DNA of 61,789 nucleotides, counting the filler, from Globobulimina sp. (taxonomy: Eukaryota): assembly GCA_003354225.1 (NCBI GenBank). It is 15 parts of 15 records of this genome, joined end to end, with 100 filler letters (N's around TTAATTAATTAA, not from the genome) between each part and the next. Parts side by side here need not be neighbours in the genome. Positions count along the whole stretch, not along the records: positions 8,267 to 12,298 come from PIVH01001709.1; positions 12,399 to 16,430 come from PIVH01001710.1; positions 16,531 to 20,562 come from PIVH01001711.1; positions 20,663 to 24,692 come from PIVH01001712.1; 11 more parts are not named here. One strand, 5' to 3'. How positions within the stretch are numbered: the first letter of the stretch is position 1; every line of letters starts with the position of its first letter. Position numbers and translations under genes: made by a program. This document shows, piece by piece, positions 11,201 to 20,869 of this stretch. The notes below the pieces were generated by a model. It worked only from the letters and a program-made list of their open reading frames with translations, was not told the origin of the DNA and did no database searches.

Positions 11201-12220
11201 TGCACCATCTTCAAATGCGACAACCGCTTTGACCGCACAGTGGAAGACATGTTCAATAAGTTCCAGTCGGGGGTTAAGATCATGAGCGGTTCGCAGAACT
11301 GCTTTACCGGCGAACTGTTGCTGATTATCAAAGATGTGGTGGACACCGGCGCGGAAGCGGCCGTTGCCGATTTCAAGCGGCATATTGAGCGCTTGGCGCA
11401 GGAGGCCGAGTTGGTGATGAATGAAAAGGGCAAGAAGCAGTCCTCCTTCTTTGTGTCGCAAATGTACCAAGCCGGGCTGGAGATTATTCCCTTCCCGCCC
11501 TTGGCCAATGAGGCCTTCTTCGATGAGTTGAACGACACATTGGAGTTAGCCATCGACGATATCGACATCGTGCATGTCGGCGGCAAGATCTTTTTGGACC
11601 ATATCAAATTAGTAATGGCCAAGTTGCACATTGGCGATTTCAGCGCGATGAGCGGGGAGCAGGCCAAGATCCGTTCGCAGGAAATCCGGGATAACTTGAA
11701 AAACGCAGTGGAAGCGGGCGCCATCTTACAGCCCAGCTCTACGCAGTACGGCGTTACCTTTCAGGTGGACGACGACCAGAATTTGTTGTTGTTGGATGGA
11801 AACCAAATTATCCGCGTTTCCATGGACGAGATTATTAAGAAAATCAAGAATTTCAACGATGTGATTGCGGATTACAGCAAACTGGATCCGGACATCCAGC
11901 AGACTTTATTGTCGATGTTGGACTCGATTGACGATGCCGGCCTCATTTTGGGCAAAGTGGAGTCTTTGATGTTTTTGTGGGAACAATTTAGTTTCAAAAT
12001 CACCAGAAACCACCACAATTTCCAGAAATTGACCAATGTCTACCAATTATTTTTAGATTTGATTTATTGGAGACGCAAATTGCGCGTTTTCAAATTCGTC
12101 AAAGATAACACGAAGAAGTTCGAAGATCAGGAAAAGCACGAAATTGAATCGTTGACGCAAGCGGCGGACAGTCGGTTGAATACAATCCGCGAAAAAATGA
12201 AAGTGTGCAAGCAAGTGTAG
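8267..12220 (+). CDS. Fragment of a giant protein with a VLIG/GBP-type P-loop GTPase domain
   Basis: >1300-codon open frame; G1 MGKQSTGKSYMLNHLF, RCTDGGW, G3 DFEGLGS, SPQEDMLL; acidic and Ala/Asp/Lys-rich linkers. Confidence 0.8.
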   Translation: MQHWLKLYKEQLDYYKNNVYGGGRYQSSVLHRESIRGDIEKQIKKDYNKKRRGLKSKLEVAIKALQDAKPQDQKTTTLTNFVYKQKGFMNNSEKYTITYTMPTVVPPSYYMQFMSIDLPNTGEDLRIANMKNMRFEMPQTDTLIFHQMMGNGETIMFIRQDDEQTKETKTKIIASHSRVLAVGQSPLKELKTKGVRMVAYCEAQKLFAILMDDVLGFCIFQDGGRISITNKRCELRDIAWWNIKLQYKALMVEEINKNIWVWLIDEKNTVRAFDYDAGSWDSAKEFQLDQSYESYQLSPKGSFLITLKHQYQEDLVEEEKKEEDEEKKEEENAAAEAQKADASAKGKADDADAAKASGTPGDVDAAKAKAADAGGTPGGAKAVDAAVKVVDADDAKTKPADASDPDAAAKAKANVPLPIEYAREDLLTYQDSLAMYDNDAVTTHEQHYIIRLKFKDQKGVEWTLVVYIERSGTTVQGMCVDKFPSDVNALMNKTDPNAKKPADPNAKVDPNAKVDPNAKVDPNAKVDPNAAPAKAVAANGKVDKIAGYLLPAGTLKFKVAEWAGMHPKVITFPKLSGVKLPSPLPTDAPDAAAIAQKKQDEEKKEAEAEAAKKTATGRIELHAYLLLEKKKLEYVVHASSLTGYEKGDEKEYKNTDKDNDDFLRVSCVLIPDSFTTIDDYIKFDRIYVMESNKKDDMLLCTITKDAKLLYHPLTIQVSEARMRINEAKKKQTIRKITKLDYMEYMIEKFGSRAAIFYPEDDSLCLHTTYIMKEQAQNADKLCSQISEKICKSLEDKEKKNFSHLSWDCHVLQNEDRIDPMVVLKGIRNKPASTKGDQWIKNLVTQIPVQICRGSNNKFQLMYNGEDNQQEYVLATDAYGLCKAIRFGGYDGLIKSWEGDIKVVTSMGKQSTGKSYMLNHLFGTKFDISGGRCTDGGWLSCKIIDDILYIVCDFEGLGSFERSPQEDMLLATFNSAISNCTIFKCDNRFDRTVEDMFNKFQSGVKIMSGSQNCFTGELLLIIKDVVDTGAEAAVADFKRHIERLAQEAELVMNEKGKKQSSFFVSQMYQAGLEIIPFPPLANEAFFDELNDTLELAIDDIDIVHVGGKIFLDHIKLVMAKLHIGDFSAMSGEQAKIRSQEIRDNLKNAVEAGAILQPSSTQYGVTFQVDDDQNLLLLDGNQIIRVSMDEIIKKIKNFNDVIADYSKLDPDIQQTLLSMLDSIDDAGLILGKVESLMFLWEQFSFKITRNHHNFQKLTNVYQLFLDLIYWRRKLRVFKFVKDNTKKFEDQEKHEIESLTQAADSRLNTIREKMKVCKQV
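9749..9856 (+). repeat. Coding 18-nt tandem repeat (DPNAKV units)
   Basis: DPNAKKPA-DPNAKV-DPNAKV-DPNAKV-DPNAKV-DPNA with synonymous variation between units. Confidence 0.9.
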
Positions 12221-12398
12221 GTTGATCATGCCAAGGAGACACAGTGATGTTCCTGCTTCCTCTGCATGTCTTTTTCTGGAGATTCATGAGGCCTTTCTNN
12301 NNNNNNNNNNNNNNNNNNNNNNNNNNNNNNNNNNNNNNNNNNTTAATTAATTAANNNNNNNNNNNNNNNNNNNNNNNNNNNNNNNNNNNNNNNNNNNN

Positions 12399-12947
12399 GA
12401 TAAGAATGAGGGGAAGGAAAATAAGGATATTCCCACATCATCGGTCAGCGCATTGTTTGGTAAAATTAAACGGTATGAATATGCACAATATGTGGCACCA
12501 AAAGTTGACGTTGCACAGTATTTTGATGTTGAACAATGGACAAAGCGTAAAATGGATGCAATGGCGAAAAATGGTAAAAAAAAGAAAATGAATGTGATTA
12601 GTCAGGTAATTGAAAATAGAAAAGATACTTTTAAGATGAATACAGCTCCGGCGACCATTACAAGTAAGTCATTTAAATTGAATTTGGCAATGACTGATGA
12701 TTTTGGATTGAGCATAGAAGAGATTTTGGCCATTTTGGAAGCAGCTGCACCGCAAAGTAAACTTGCTGCGAAATTGAAAGAATTTTTGGAAATAAAAATG
12801 CCGAAAGGATTTCCCATCCAGTTAGAATTGCCATTATTTCATGTGTTGAAAGGCATTGTGACGTTTCAGAATTTTGAACATATAAATCCATCCGAGGATA
12901 TATTTGTTATTCCTGAGCACTATGTGTTGGTAACAAAAAAGGAATAA
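12399..12947 (+). CDS. ANKRD13-family C-terminal domain, 5'-truncated
   Basis: FGLSIEEILAILE...KLKEFLEIKMPKGFPIQLELPLFHVLKGIVTFQNF...FVIPEHY. Confidence 0.8.
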   Translation, partial: DKNEGKENKDIPTSSVSALFGKIKRYEYAQYVAPKVDVAQYFDVEQWTKRKMDAMAKNGKKKKMNVISQVIENRKDTFKMNTAPATITSKSFKLNLAMTDDFGLSIEEILAILEAAAPQSKLAAKLKEFLEIKMPKGFPIQLELPLFHVLKGIVTFQNFEHINPSEDIFVIPEHYVLVTKKE

Positions 12948-13079
12948 ATTAAATTAAAATAAGTCTTCTTTTTTTTCTGTTGTGTAGTATCTAATGAAAA
13001 AAAGAAAATAGACACAAAGTTTCTAATGAAAAAAAAAATGATTTCTTATATAAGTTTTGACGAAGAAGAATAGTGTGCA

Positions 13080-14085
13080 ATGGGTCTTGGCTCCTCCAAA
13101 AAACAAATCAAGGCAAATAAGTTCAGCTATTATGAAACATCAGACGAAATGTGGGTGTTTGGTCCAGAACACATAGCCGCAATAAAAGCCAGTCTTGATT
13201 TGTTACGATTAAGTTTCACCTCCAAAATAATCCTACAATACTTAGGCAATGTCAATTCAGTAAAATGGTCTCATCCAAACTATACAACTTATATTCATAC
13301 CAAGCGAACTCCATTGAACAATAACACAACTCCATTATGTCAAGATTGGTTGCATACAGTTTCTAGAACAAATGGAAATGTCGGATACAATAATGTCTGC
13401 TCGGAGGAGGTAAAAGTTGTTCTGCTCGGAGGAGGTATCAATGTCTATTCATTTGCGTTCCTTAATAAACACATGTCGGACAATAGGCGGTGTTGGAAAA
13501 TCAAGCATAACCATAAGATTCGTGACTGGTAATTTCTTGGATGACTATGATCCATCATTTGAGGATTCTTATCGTAAGCAATTGACAATCAATGTGCCTG
13601 CGGATGCATATGACTCAGCAGTGAGTACATGCGATAATGCACAAAATGTGTGCTTTGATATATTAGATACAGCGGGGAGAGAAGAATTCAGTTCAATGCA
13701 GGATCAATGGATTCGGGAAGGACAGATTTTTTTGTTGGTATTTTCTGTAGTTTATGTGGAAACATTTGAGGAAATTCAACTTCTCCGAGAACGTATATTA
13801 CGTTGTAGAGATACAGAGGATTGGGAGGAAGAATGTGATTATGCAATTGTAGCAGTGGGGAATAAATGTGATTTGCGAGTGGATGGAGATGTGTCTCGCT
13901 ATGGTTATGGTGGCAGATCGGGAAGAGATGTTGATATGGATGCGGTGAATGATTGGTGCATTGAGACGGGAATACCGTATATCGAAACATCTGCGAAAAC
14001 TGGAAAGAATATTAATTTTTTGTTTCGACAATCTGTGTATGAGTTTTATGAGAAAACAAAACATTTAGGCACTGTTTATGACTAA
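13080..14085 (+). CDS. Ras-family GTPase with N-terminal extension; intron 13435-13486
   Basis: Spliced G1 VVLLGGGGVGKSS, YDPSFEDSYRK, DTAGREEF, GNKCD, ETSAK. N-terminus MGLGSSK; no CAAX. Confidence 0.88.
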
Positions 14086-14284
14086 ACGTTACCGTTACTG
14101 ATTGTATATAATTTGCACTCCTTGCACAGTTCCAACATGCACAGTATTCTGGAAACAGTACTAGTTTGGTGAACATTTTCGTTGAGTGAGTTTAATTAAT
14201 TTAGTAATTTAGTTAGTATAATATATAGCAAATTAAGTTAATTTAATAATATTTTACAGGCATAATAGCAAATTAAGTTATCAT

Positions 14285-15814
14285 TTACATTTGTTTTTTA
14301 GTAAAATGTCTTGAGAATAAAAGTGATTGAATGACAGAAAGAGTGAGTAATATGGCAATAACAACAGCCACCATAGTTTTCATAATATCCAAATATAAAA
14401 ATAAATACCCAAATATTTTCCATATCATCATAGAATATGAATATAAAATTTGATAAAATCCAACAGTTTCAACCTTCATATAGCCCAAATTTAGAAAATC
14501 ATCAAATTGATGAGCATACGTAAAAAAAGCCAACAAAAAACCCAAACAAACTGCCAATTCTGTTTCATTCACATTATCAACAAAACCGGATATTGTATAC
14601 AATGCAATCACTACAAAAATGGATGATATCGGATACACAAATCGATAAAACCGGAAACTGTCAACATAGCGCACAATGAAATACATATAAACCAAAGCAC
14701 CAATGGCAGTAAATATGGTCGTAAATATATTCTGATAAATTAAATTCGATAAAAATCCGCCACAAAAATTCGCTAAACTTTGATTTGCGTTTCTATGAAT
14801 CCCCGCCACTGTCAATGGCTCATAACTTTGCATCAAATCAGTTAACACAAAGACTAATAATAAATGAATCACACCATTTCGAGTGATGGTATTACCAAAT
14901 AATAATTTCGCAGCTCTGCAAGCATACAAACTATTTGTTTTTGGTTCAGTGTCAGTTTCATATTCGTTTTCATTTTCATTTTTATCATCAAACGTCAACA
15001 TTTCAGGGCGTTGTTTGAACGAAGTATATATTCCTTTGATTACAAAACAGAGCAAAAAACTGTAAATAAAATGACATATTATCACAAAATTCTGCACCAC
15101 ATTAAAAGAGATATTGTAATATTTCATCATAATAAAAGCCGGAATGAGCGACAACGATAAAACTATGTTTCCAATGAATTTTGACCAAATACCAATCGAT
15201 GTAAAATACATTGTTTGTAAATTATCCGCGTTGATATGTTTTTCGTTGTTCGCAGCTTTTTTAATCGAGTCGAAATTGATAAATATTTTTGTTAATTTAA
15301 ATAATGAATTATTAAGTTGCATACTTAGATAATTTTGAATGATGCAAATTGATAATATTATCCAAGTGAAATAAATCGTTTTTATGGTCGAGGATGGAAA
15401 CATTATGAATAGAAAATACGTGATTATTGACAGAAAAAAATGAATTAAAAATGAAATAAGCAATATTGTATGGTTGAAGGTTTTACATTTATCTGCAATG
15501 TAACCTGTTAATGGAATAATAAATATTTCGCCACAGGTTATGATTAAAAACATTGCAGCAAAATTATGAATGAAATAACATCCTGAATTCGTACGTGCCA
15601 ATAAGAAAAAAAGGGCATTTTTTTGAGTCATGTAATATGGCATTAATAATGTTTGAGCAAATAAATAAAAGTAATGATTCTTTTCGAATTTATACTCGTT
15701 CATTAAAGATGATAGGTTTATTGTTGACAACTTGTTCATTGATGTTTCGTTTACCATCGTCATAAATGGTTTTTCCATTGGCTCACGGGGCTGGATTTCT
15801 GTTTCCAGTGCCAT
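14285..15814 (-). CDS. MFS-like transporter
   Basis: About 12 hydrophobic segments in two halves with a central charged loop; motif-A-like PLTGYIADK. Confidence 0.7.
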   Translation of the reverse strand: MALETEIQPREPMEKPFMTMVNETSMNKLSTINLSSLMNEYKFEKNHYFYLFAQTLLMPYYMTQKNALFFLLARTNSGCYFIHNFAAMFLIITCGEIFIIPLTGYIADKCKTFNHTILLISFLIHFFLSIITYFLFIMFPSSTIKTIYFTWIILSICIIQNYLSMQLNNSLFKLTKIFINFDSIKKAANNEKHINADNLQTMYFTSIGIWSKFIGNIVLSLSLIPAFIMMKYYNISFNVVQNFVIICHFIYSFLLCFVIKGIYTSFKQRPEMLTFDDKNENENEYETDTEPKTNSLYACRAAKLLFGNTITRNGVIHLLLVFVLTDLMQSYEPLTVAGIHRNANQSLANFCGGFLSNLIYQNIFTTIFTAIGALVYMYFIVRYVDSFRFYRFVYPISSIFVVIALYTISGFVDNVNETELAVCLGFLLAFFTYAHQFDDFLNLGYMKVETVGFYQILYSYSMMIWKIFGYLFLYLDIMKTMVAVVIAILLTLSVIQSLLFSRHFTKKQM

Positions 15815-15973
15815 GATCTCACTAGTTTTAAAGAGTAAAAACAGCGTAAATAAAAAGTTTTTGTTTGTCTTTCACATTTTCCCACACTTTTTCCACATAC
15901 ATTTTGCACTCTCGCTATATAAGCCGTCATTGCTATCGAACTCTCGCTATAACCTGAAAAATTATAATAAGCA

Positions 15974-16430
15974 ATGGCTCTTCGACGTATCACCAAAGAA
16001 TTAAAGGATCTCAAAGCTTATCCAGCAGCAAATTGCACTGCAGATCCAGTAAATAATGACCTATTTCATTGGAAAGCAACCATCAATGGACCAAAGAATT
16101 CACCATATTATGGAGGTAAATTTGACTTAGACATTCATTTCCCGCAGGACTATCCTTTCAAACCTCCAAAAGTCCAATTCATGACAAAAATATATCATCC
16201 AAATGTAACTGACAAAGGTTATATTTGTACAGAATGTGCTCTGTTTATTTTAGCTGATAACTGGTCTCCAGCTTTAACAGCATCCAAGGTATTATTAACT
16301 ATTTGTTCTGTGATTACTGATCCGAATCCTGAATGTGGCCGAAGAATGGATGTAGCCAAATTATATAAACAAAATCGAACTGAATTTAATCGAAATGCAA
16401 AACAATGGACAAAGAAATATGCCATGGGAC
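15974..16430 (+). CDS. Ubiquitin-conjugating enzyme E2, UBC4/UBE2D-like (3' end at spacer)
   Basis: MALRRITKEL, DYPFKPPKV, KIYHPNV, catalytic GYIC, WSPAL. Confidence 0.92.
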
Positions 16431-16561
16431 NNNNNNNNNNNNNNNNNNNNNNNNNNNNNNNNNNNNNNNNNNNNTTAATTAATTAANNNNNNNNNNNNNN
16501 NNNNNNNNNNNNNNNNNNNNNNNNNNNNNNAAAAAAAAGTAGAAAATTAACAAAACAAAAG

Positions 16562-17539
16562 TCACAGTTTAGATTTAATTCTTTGAACTTGAAATGGTGG
16601 ATATTGCCGTTTCCAAAAGGTAGCAATCTCAGTTCTTGTCGCAATCCATATTTTCTGTTTAAACTCATTGTCCATTATATATTCCACAAACTTTCTCAAT
16701 CCAACAAACCGTGCGGGATGGCCAGATATTCGTGGATGTAATCCAATGTTCATCATTTTGCCGCCTTCGACTAATAACTCATCAAATGCGTCTTTACAAA
16801 AACTAAAAAAATCATCACTTGTCGTAAAACCATTTGGTAGCAAATAGCGGAAATCATTTGTTGTTAAACTGTATGGAATATTTAACAGTGGAATGTCATT
16901 ATTATTGCTGTTCGCATATAACTCAAATGGATTGTAATCCCAATGTGGAATATCGTCGTTATAACAATCGGAATGCCACAATATTTTATTCTTATTCTTA
17001 TTATTGTATTCATACAATATTTTTTTGGAGTTATTTGTGACGGATCCAACATACATTCCTTTTGGTGTTTGATTGTTGCACAATTTTTTATGAATAGCCA
17101 TGACTTTCAATAAATGTCTTTCTTCTGTTTCATATGTCGTATTTTTGTAATTAAACCATCGATAATGATGCGATGCGATGTCATGCTTATTCTGCACAAA
17201 TAATTTGCAAATATTTGGATTTTTTTGCAATGCTTTGCCAACTGCAAATATTGTTGTTTTTATCTTATATTTTTCAAACAGCGACAATAATCTATAAATA
17301 CCACTTCTTGCTCCATACTCATAGCCACTTTCAACAACATAATCCCTGCCATTTTCAATTGGCTCAGTACCACATATCTCTGTTAAATATGACTCAGATC
17401 CATTATCTCCATTCAATACACTCCTCTCGCCGCCCTCTTCGTAATTTATTACAAATGATATGCATATTCGTGCATTGTTGGGCCAGGTAACATTTGGTGG
17501 CGAACCTCCATAGCCAATGTAATCTTGTGTTAGTTCCAT
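16562..17539 (-). CDS. puuE: PuuE-type allantoinase / polysaccharide-deacetylase fold, with C-terminal PTS1
   Basis: WPNNARICISFVINYEEGGE, ESGYEYGARSG, DIASHHYRW, IGLHPRISGHPARF; ends in SKL. Confidence 0.8.
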   Translation of the reverse strand: MELTQDYIGYGGSPPNVTWPNNARICISFVINYEEGGERSVLNGDNGSESYLTEICGTEPIENGRDYVVESGYEYGARSGIYRLLSLFEKYKIKTTIFAVGKALQKNPNICKLFVQNKHDIASHHYRWFNYKNTTYETEERHLLKVMAIHKKLCNNQTPKGMYVGSVTNNSKKILYEYNNKNKNKILWHSDCYNDDIPHWDYNPFELYANSNNNDIPLLNIPYSLTTNDFRYLLPNGFTTSDDFFSFCKDAFDELLVEGGKMMNIGLHPRISGHPARFVGLRKFVEYIMDNEFKQKIWIATRTEIATFWKRQYPPFQVQRIKSKL

Positions 17540-17769
17540 TTTTTTAAACTAAGTTTTTTAGTAAAAATGTTGCTTGTTGGTGTTATTATTTATATCATCA
17601 GCATTTTCAATTACACTTTCAAACATGTATCAAAAGACAAGTATATGTTTGACAACATTTAACCAGCAAAAACAAAGTATATTATTGCATGTTGATGGTG
17701 AAGAATTGATCATTACGCTCCTAAGCAAAGGAAAAAAGCCGGAAATACAGTAAAAACAAACAAATATTA

Positions 17770-20280
17770 TCAGTGCAATTGAAACTTTGTGACTATATTT
17801 TGTCTGGTTTCTAAAACATCCGCATGATAGGCTTCGATAAAACGCTTTGTGATATCCGCATTACTATATCCAGCATACTTTGTTTTTATTGCTGTCCACT
17901 TCATTCCTAAATAGGTGGCAAATATGGTTATGCAAAGCATTAAATACAAATCATATTTAAAGGCAATATGCCGATCAATGGTATCCCCCAAAACTGCGCC
18001 AATGCACGCACTCCACACAATGGCTGCCACCAAAGCAATGGATTTGCGGCATGTCACTGAGATGTGGTTATAGACATAAACTGCTTTGTGTTCCTTACTG
18101 CTCATTATGCCCAAATTAATGTGTCTCTTCCGAGGGTCAGTTATGTCCAAATTTGAGGATAAATACGTTGCCACAGAGTCCTGTCTCGCAGACCAAACAC
18201 TTGTCTTTCGATGAATATATTCAATCAAATTAAATTTTGACAAGTTAATATAAGCAGAATTTATTGACGACGCACACTCCGATTCGTCCATTGTCGATTT
18301 GTGTCTTATCAGTGCATGTTTAGGCGATACCTCTTCTTGTTCGGGCAGTGCGAGAGGCGCCGCTGTGGACAGCCGCAGAAATGGCTGCTTTGGCAATGCT
18401 GCGTTATCCAAACTGTTCTGGTCAAAATCAACTGTGTCTTTGAAATATGTGACATCAATGACATGCTGCTTATGTTCGACATCATCGATTGTCATGGTTT
18501 GCTTGTATAATCTTCTTCGTTTTTGAGATATGGAATACCATTCATTGATGTTTCTGTGCACATACAAATTGCGGCAGACTTCCATCAGAATGCAGGCTGC
18601 GGTCGCTATGGAAGCATAAATCAATCTGTATTTATAGTCATGAGATACAAATATGGCGCCGGCCATACTCCATCCCATGGACCAACCCAATATTCCATCC
18701 ATAAAAAACACAAATCGGTCCATCGCATTTTTATATTTGAAACCGGAATGAAACACAAATCGATACCAAAATGGCAGCTGCTCGAAATGTGCGCCTTTCT
18801 CAGAACTGTCCGCATTGGAATCTGCTGCGGAGGCTACACCATTATCGGCAGACGAATTCTTGTGGGTTTTGGTGGGAGACATTCGTTTCGGGAATAACAA
18901 ATATGTCATGTTCTCCGGTTTGGAATTATCCACTCTCAATTTGCGAGATATGCTGTTTTGGCCATAACTTAATGATAAATTGGAATAATTCAATTTGATG
19001 CTTCCATCTCCGTCCAACGTCGACTCACTTTCACAGTTTCTTTAATATTATGCAGTGCGTTTACGTGTTTTTCAATGAGTTCTGATGAGACAAAAAGAAC
19101 TTACCTCAGCAATACATTTGTAAATTGAATAATATAATCATCATAATATTGATCGATGTTTGTTTCTCCAATCTGCACATAATTGGCCATTAAGAAAACT
19201 TTCTGATACGCTCTGTCTCGAATCATCTCGAAATAGGCAATGCATTGCAACCAAATCAGCCAAATCAAACAAATGCTGCCAAACAAATATGCAAAATACA
19301 TCGGGTCGATATCGTGAATGCTCTCTTGGTGAACTACGGAGGGTTCCAAGGGGATCCATTTCCCGCTCAAACCACAAATCACCACTTCAACCAAGCAAAA
19401 GCCCAAAGATATTGTCCATATATCGGTGTCCAATTTATTTATCAAACAATTGAAATGCATCTCCCTTTTCTTTGCCAGTAAGCGTTTTTCGTATAAATCT
19501 TTATGTCGTTGCTTCTTTGCCATACGTTTTTGGTGCAACTTGCCATATTTATAGTGATCCACTTTCTTTTTCTGTGCCTTTGAATCTGTGCTTTCTTCCA
19601 TTTCTGTCACATTGAATCGATCTGAATTATATATGTCAATTAAACATCAACATCAAATATGGCATAATTAATTAACTTGGACATAATTTCGAACGCAATG
19701 TCGACAAAGATATCAGAAATATGATGGCAACCAATAATTGGATGAAGAAAAAAGAGAGAGTGCATCGGAAAGAATGTGCAAAATAAATATCTTGAATCTC
19801 AAATGCTAAGTCTTTGACTCCAAAGGCAATAATTCGAACAAATAAACCCAGAAAAAAGCTGATGCGGTCGGATAAAAACTTTAATTTTGAGACAAGAAAT
19901 ATTAACAATATGCTCAGGAGATACATGCTCAATGCATAGGATGTGGTTATTGCTAAAGTCATGTTTGTATCTTTTATGTTTAATGATTCTTCGTTTAACA
20001 GATATTCAACCATTGAAACTAAACAATTTGACCAAAATACGGCGACGAGGTTTTGACAGATACCAACGAATTGCAATGAGAGATCATGTTGTTGATATTG
20101 CTTATTTTGCCAACACGAGAAGCCATCCAACAGATAAACCAATGGATGGGTTACGATGTTTAATGGACATAAGATTATCAAAGAAAGGCATTTTATACAT
20201 TTGCACAATGGAATGCAACCAGGTTTTTCATTTGATGCTGGCAATGATTCATGGCTTGAATTTGTGGGCATTTTCGTCAA
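17770..20280 (-). CDS. Uncharacterised multi-pass membrane protein; introns 19622-19676 and 19040-19104
   Basis: Three minus-strand ORFs join in frame through two GT-AG introns; TM clusters are separated by charged loops. Confidence 0.7.
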
Positions 20281-20404
20281 TAATGGATCAATAGTGTATA
20301 ATTTTTAAAAAGCAAAAAAAACTCTGTCAGCACATCCAAGTTCGAGAACATGGCAATCGAATAATTTTTAATTGGTTATTTTGTAAACGTTCTCGTATAA
20401 AACA

Positions 20405-20562
20405 ATGAACGACGTAAATGAAGATATAATAATGCAGCAATTGATTGAATTTGGATATAATAAGAAAGAAATTGAGTTAGCAATGCAAACAGTAAATAAT
20501 CCAAATGATATTAATTCCATTGTTGATAAAATTGAGCAGAATCAACAAATACATTTTACAGC
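20405..20562 (+). CDS. 5' fragment with a UBA-like domain
   Basis: IMQQLIEFGYNKKEIELAM...DINSIVDKI. Confidence 0.55.
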
Positions 20563-20662
20563 NNNNNNNNNNNNNNNNNNNNNNNNNNNNNNNNNNNNNN
20601 NNNNNNTTAATTAATTAANNNNNNNNNNNNNNNNNNNNNNNNNNNNNNNNNNNNNNNNNNNN

Positions 20663-20869
20663 GTTGGAATGAATAAGATTCAAAAGGCAAGAATGAGATT
20701 AATGGAACAACGATTTAATTGTATTGTTTGTTTGGAAAATCCAAAAAATATTTTAATTGATGGATGTTTGCATGTGTCGTTATGCCAAGAATGTGAATCA
20801 AAATTACAATCAAAAATATGTCCACTCTGCCAAATGCCATACAAAACGGCTAAAAAAATCCATATCTAA
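20663..20869 (+). CDS. 3' fragment with an IAP/MDM2-type RING finger
   Basis: CIVC...GCLHVSLCQEC...CPLC. Confidence 0.85.
   Translation, partial: VGMNKIQKARMRLMEQRFNCIVCLENPKNILIDGCLHVSLCQECESKLQSKICPLCQMPYKTAKKIHI

Noticed and set aside
10930-11724. Long antisense ORFs (264 aa here, also 5987-6547 and 3528-4034)
   Set aside because: Shadows of the sense CDS caused by codon bias; no motifs.
14225-14280. 16-bp direct repeat ATAGCAAATTAAGTTA
   Set aside because: AT-rich two-copy duplication in a 3' intergenic gap; no functional evidence.
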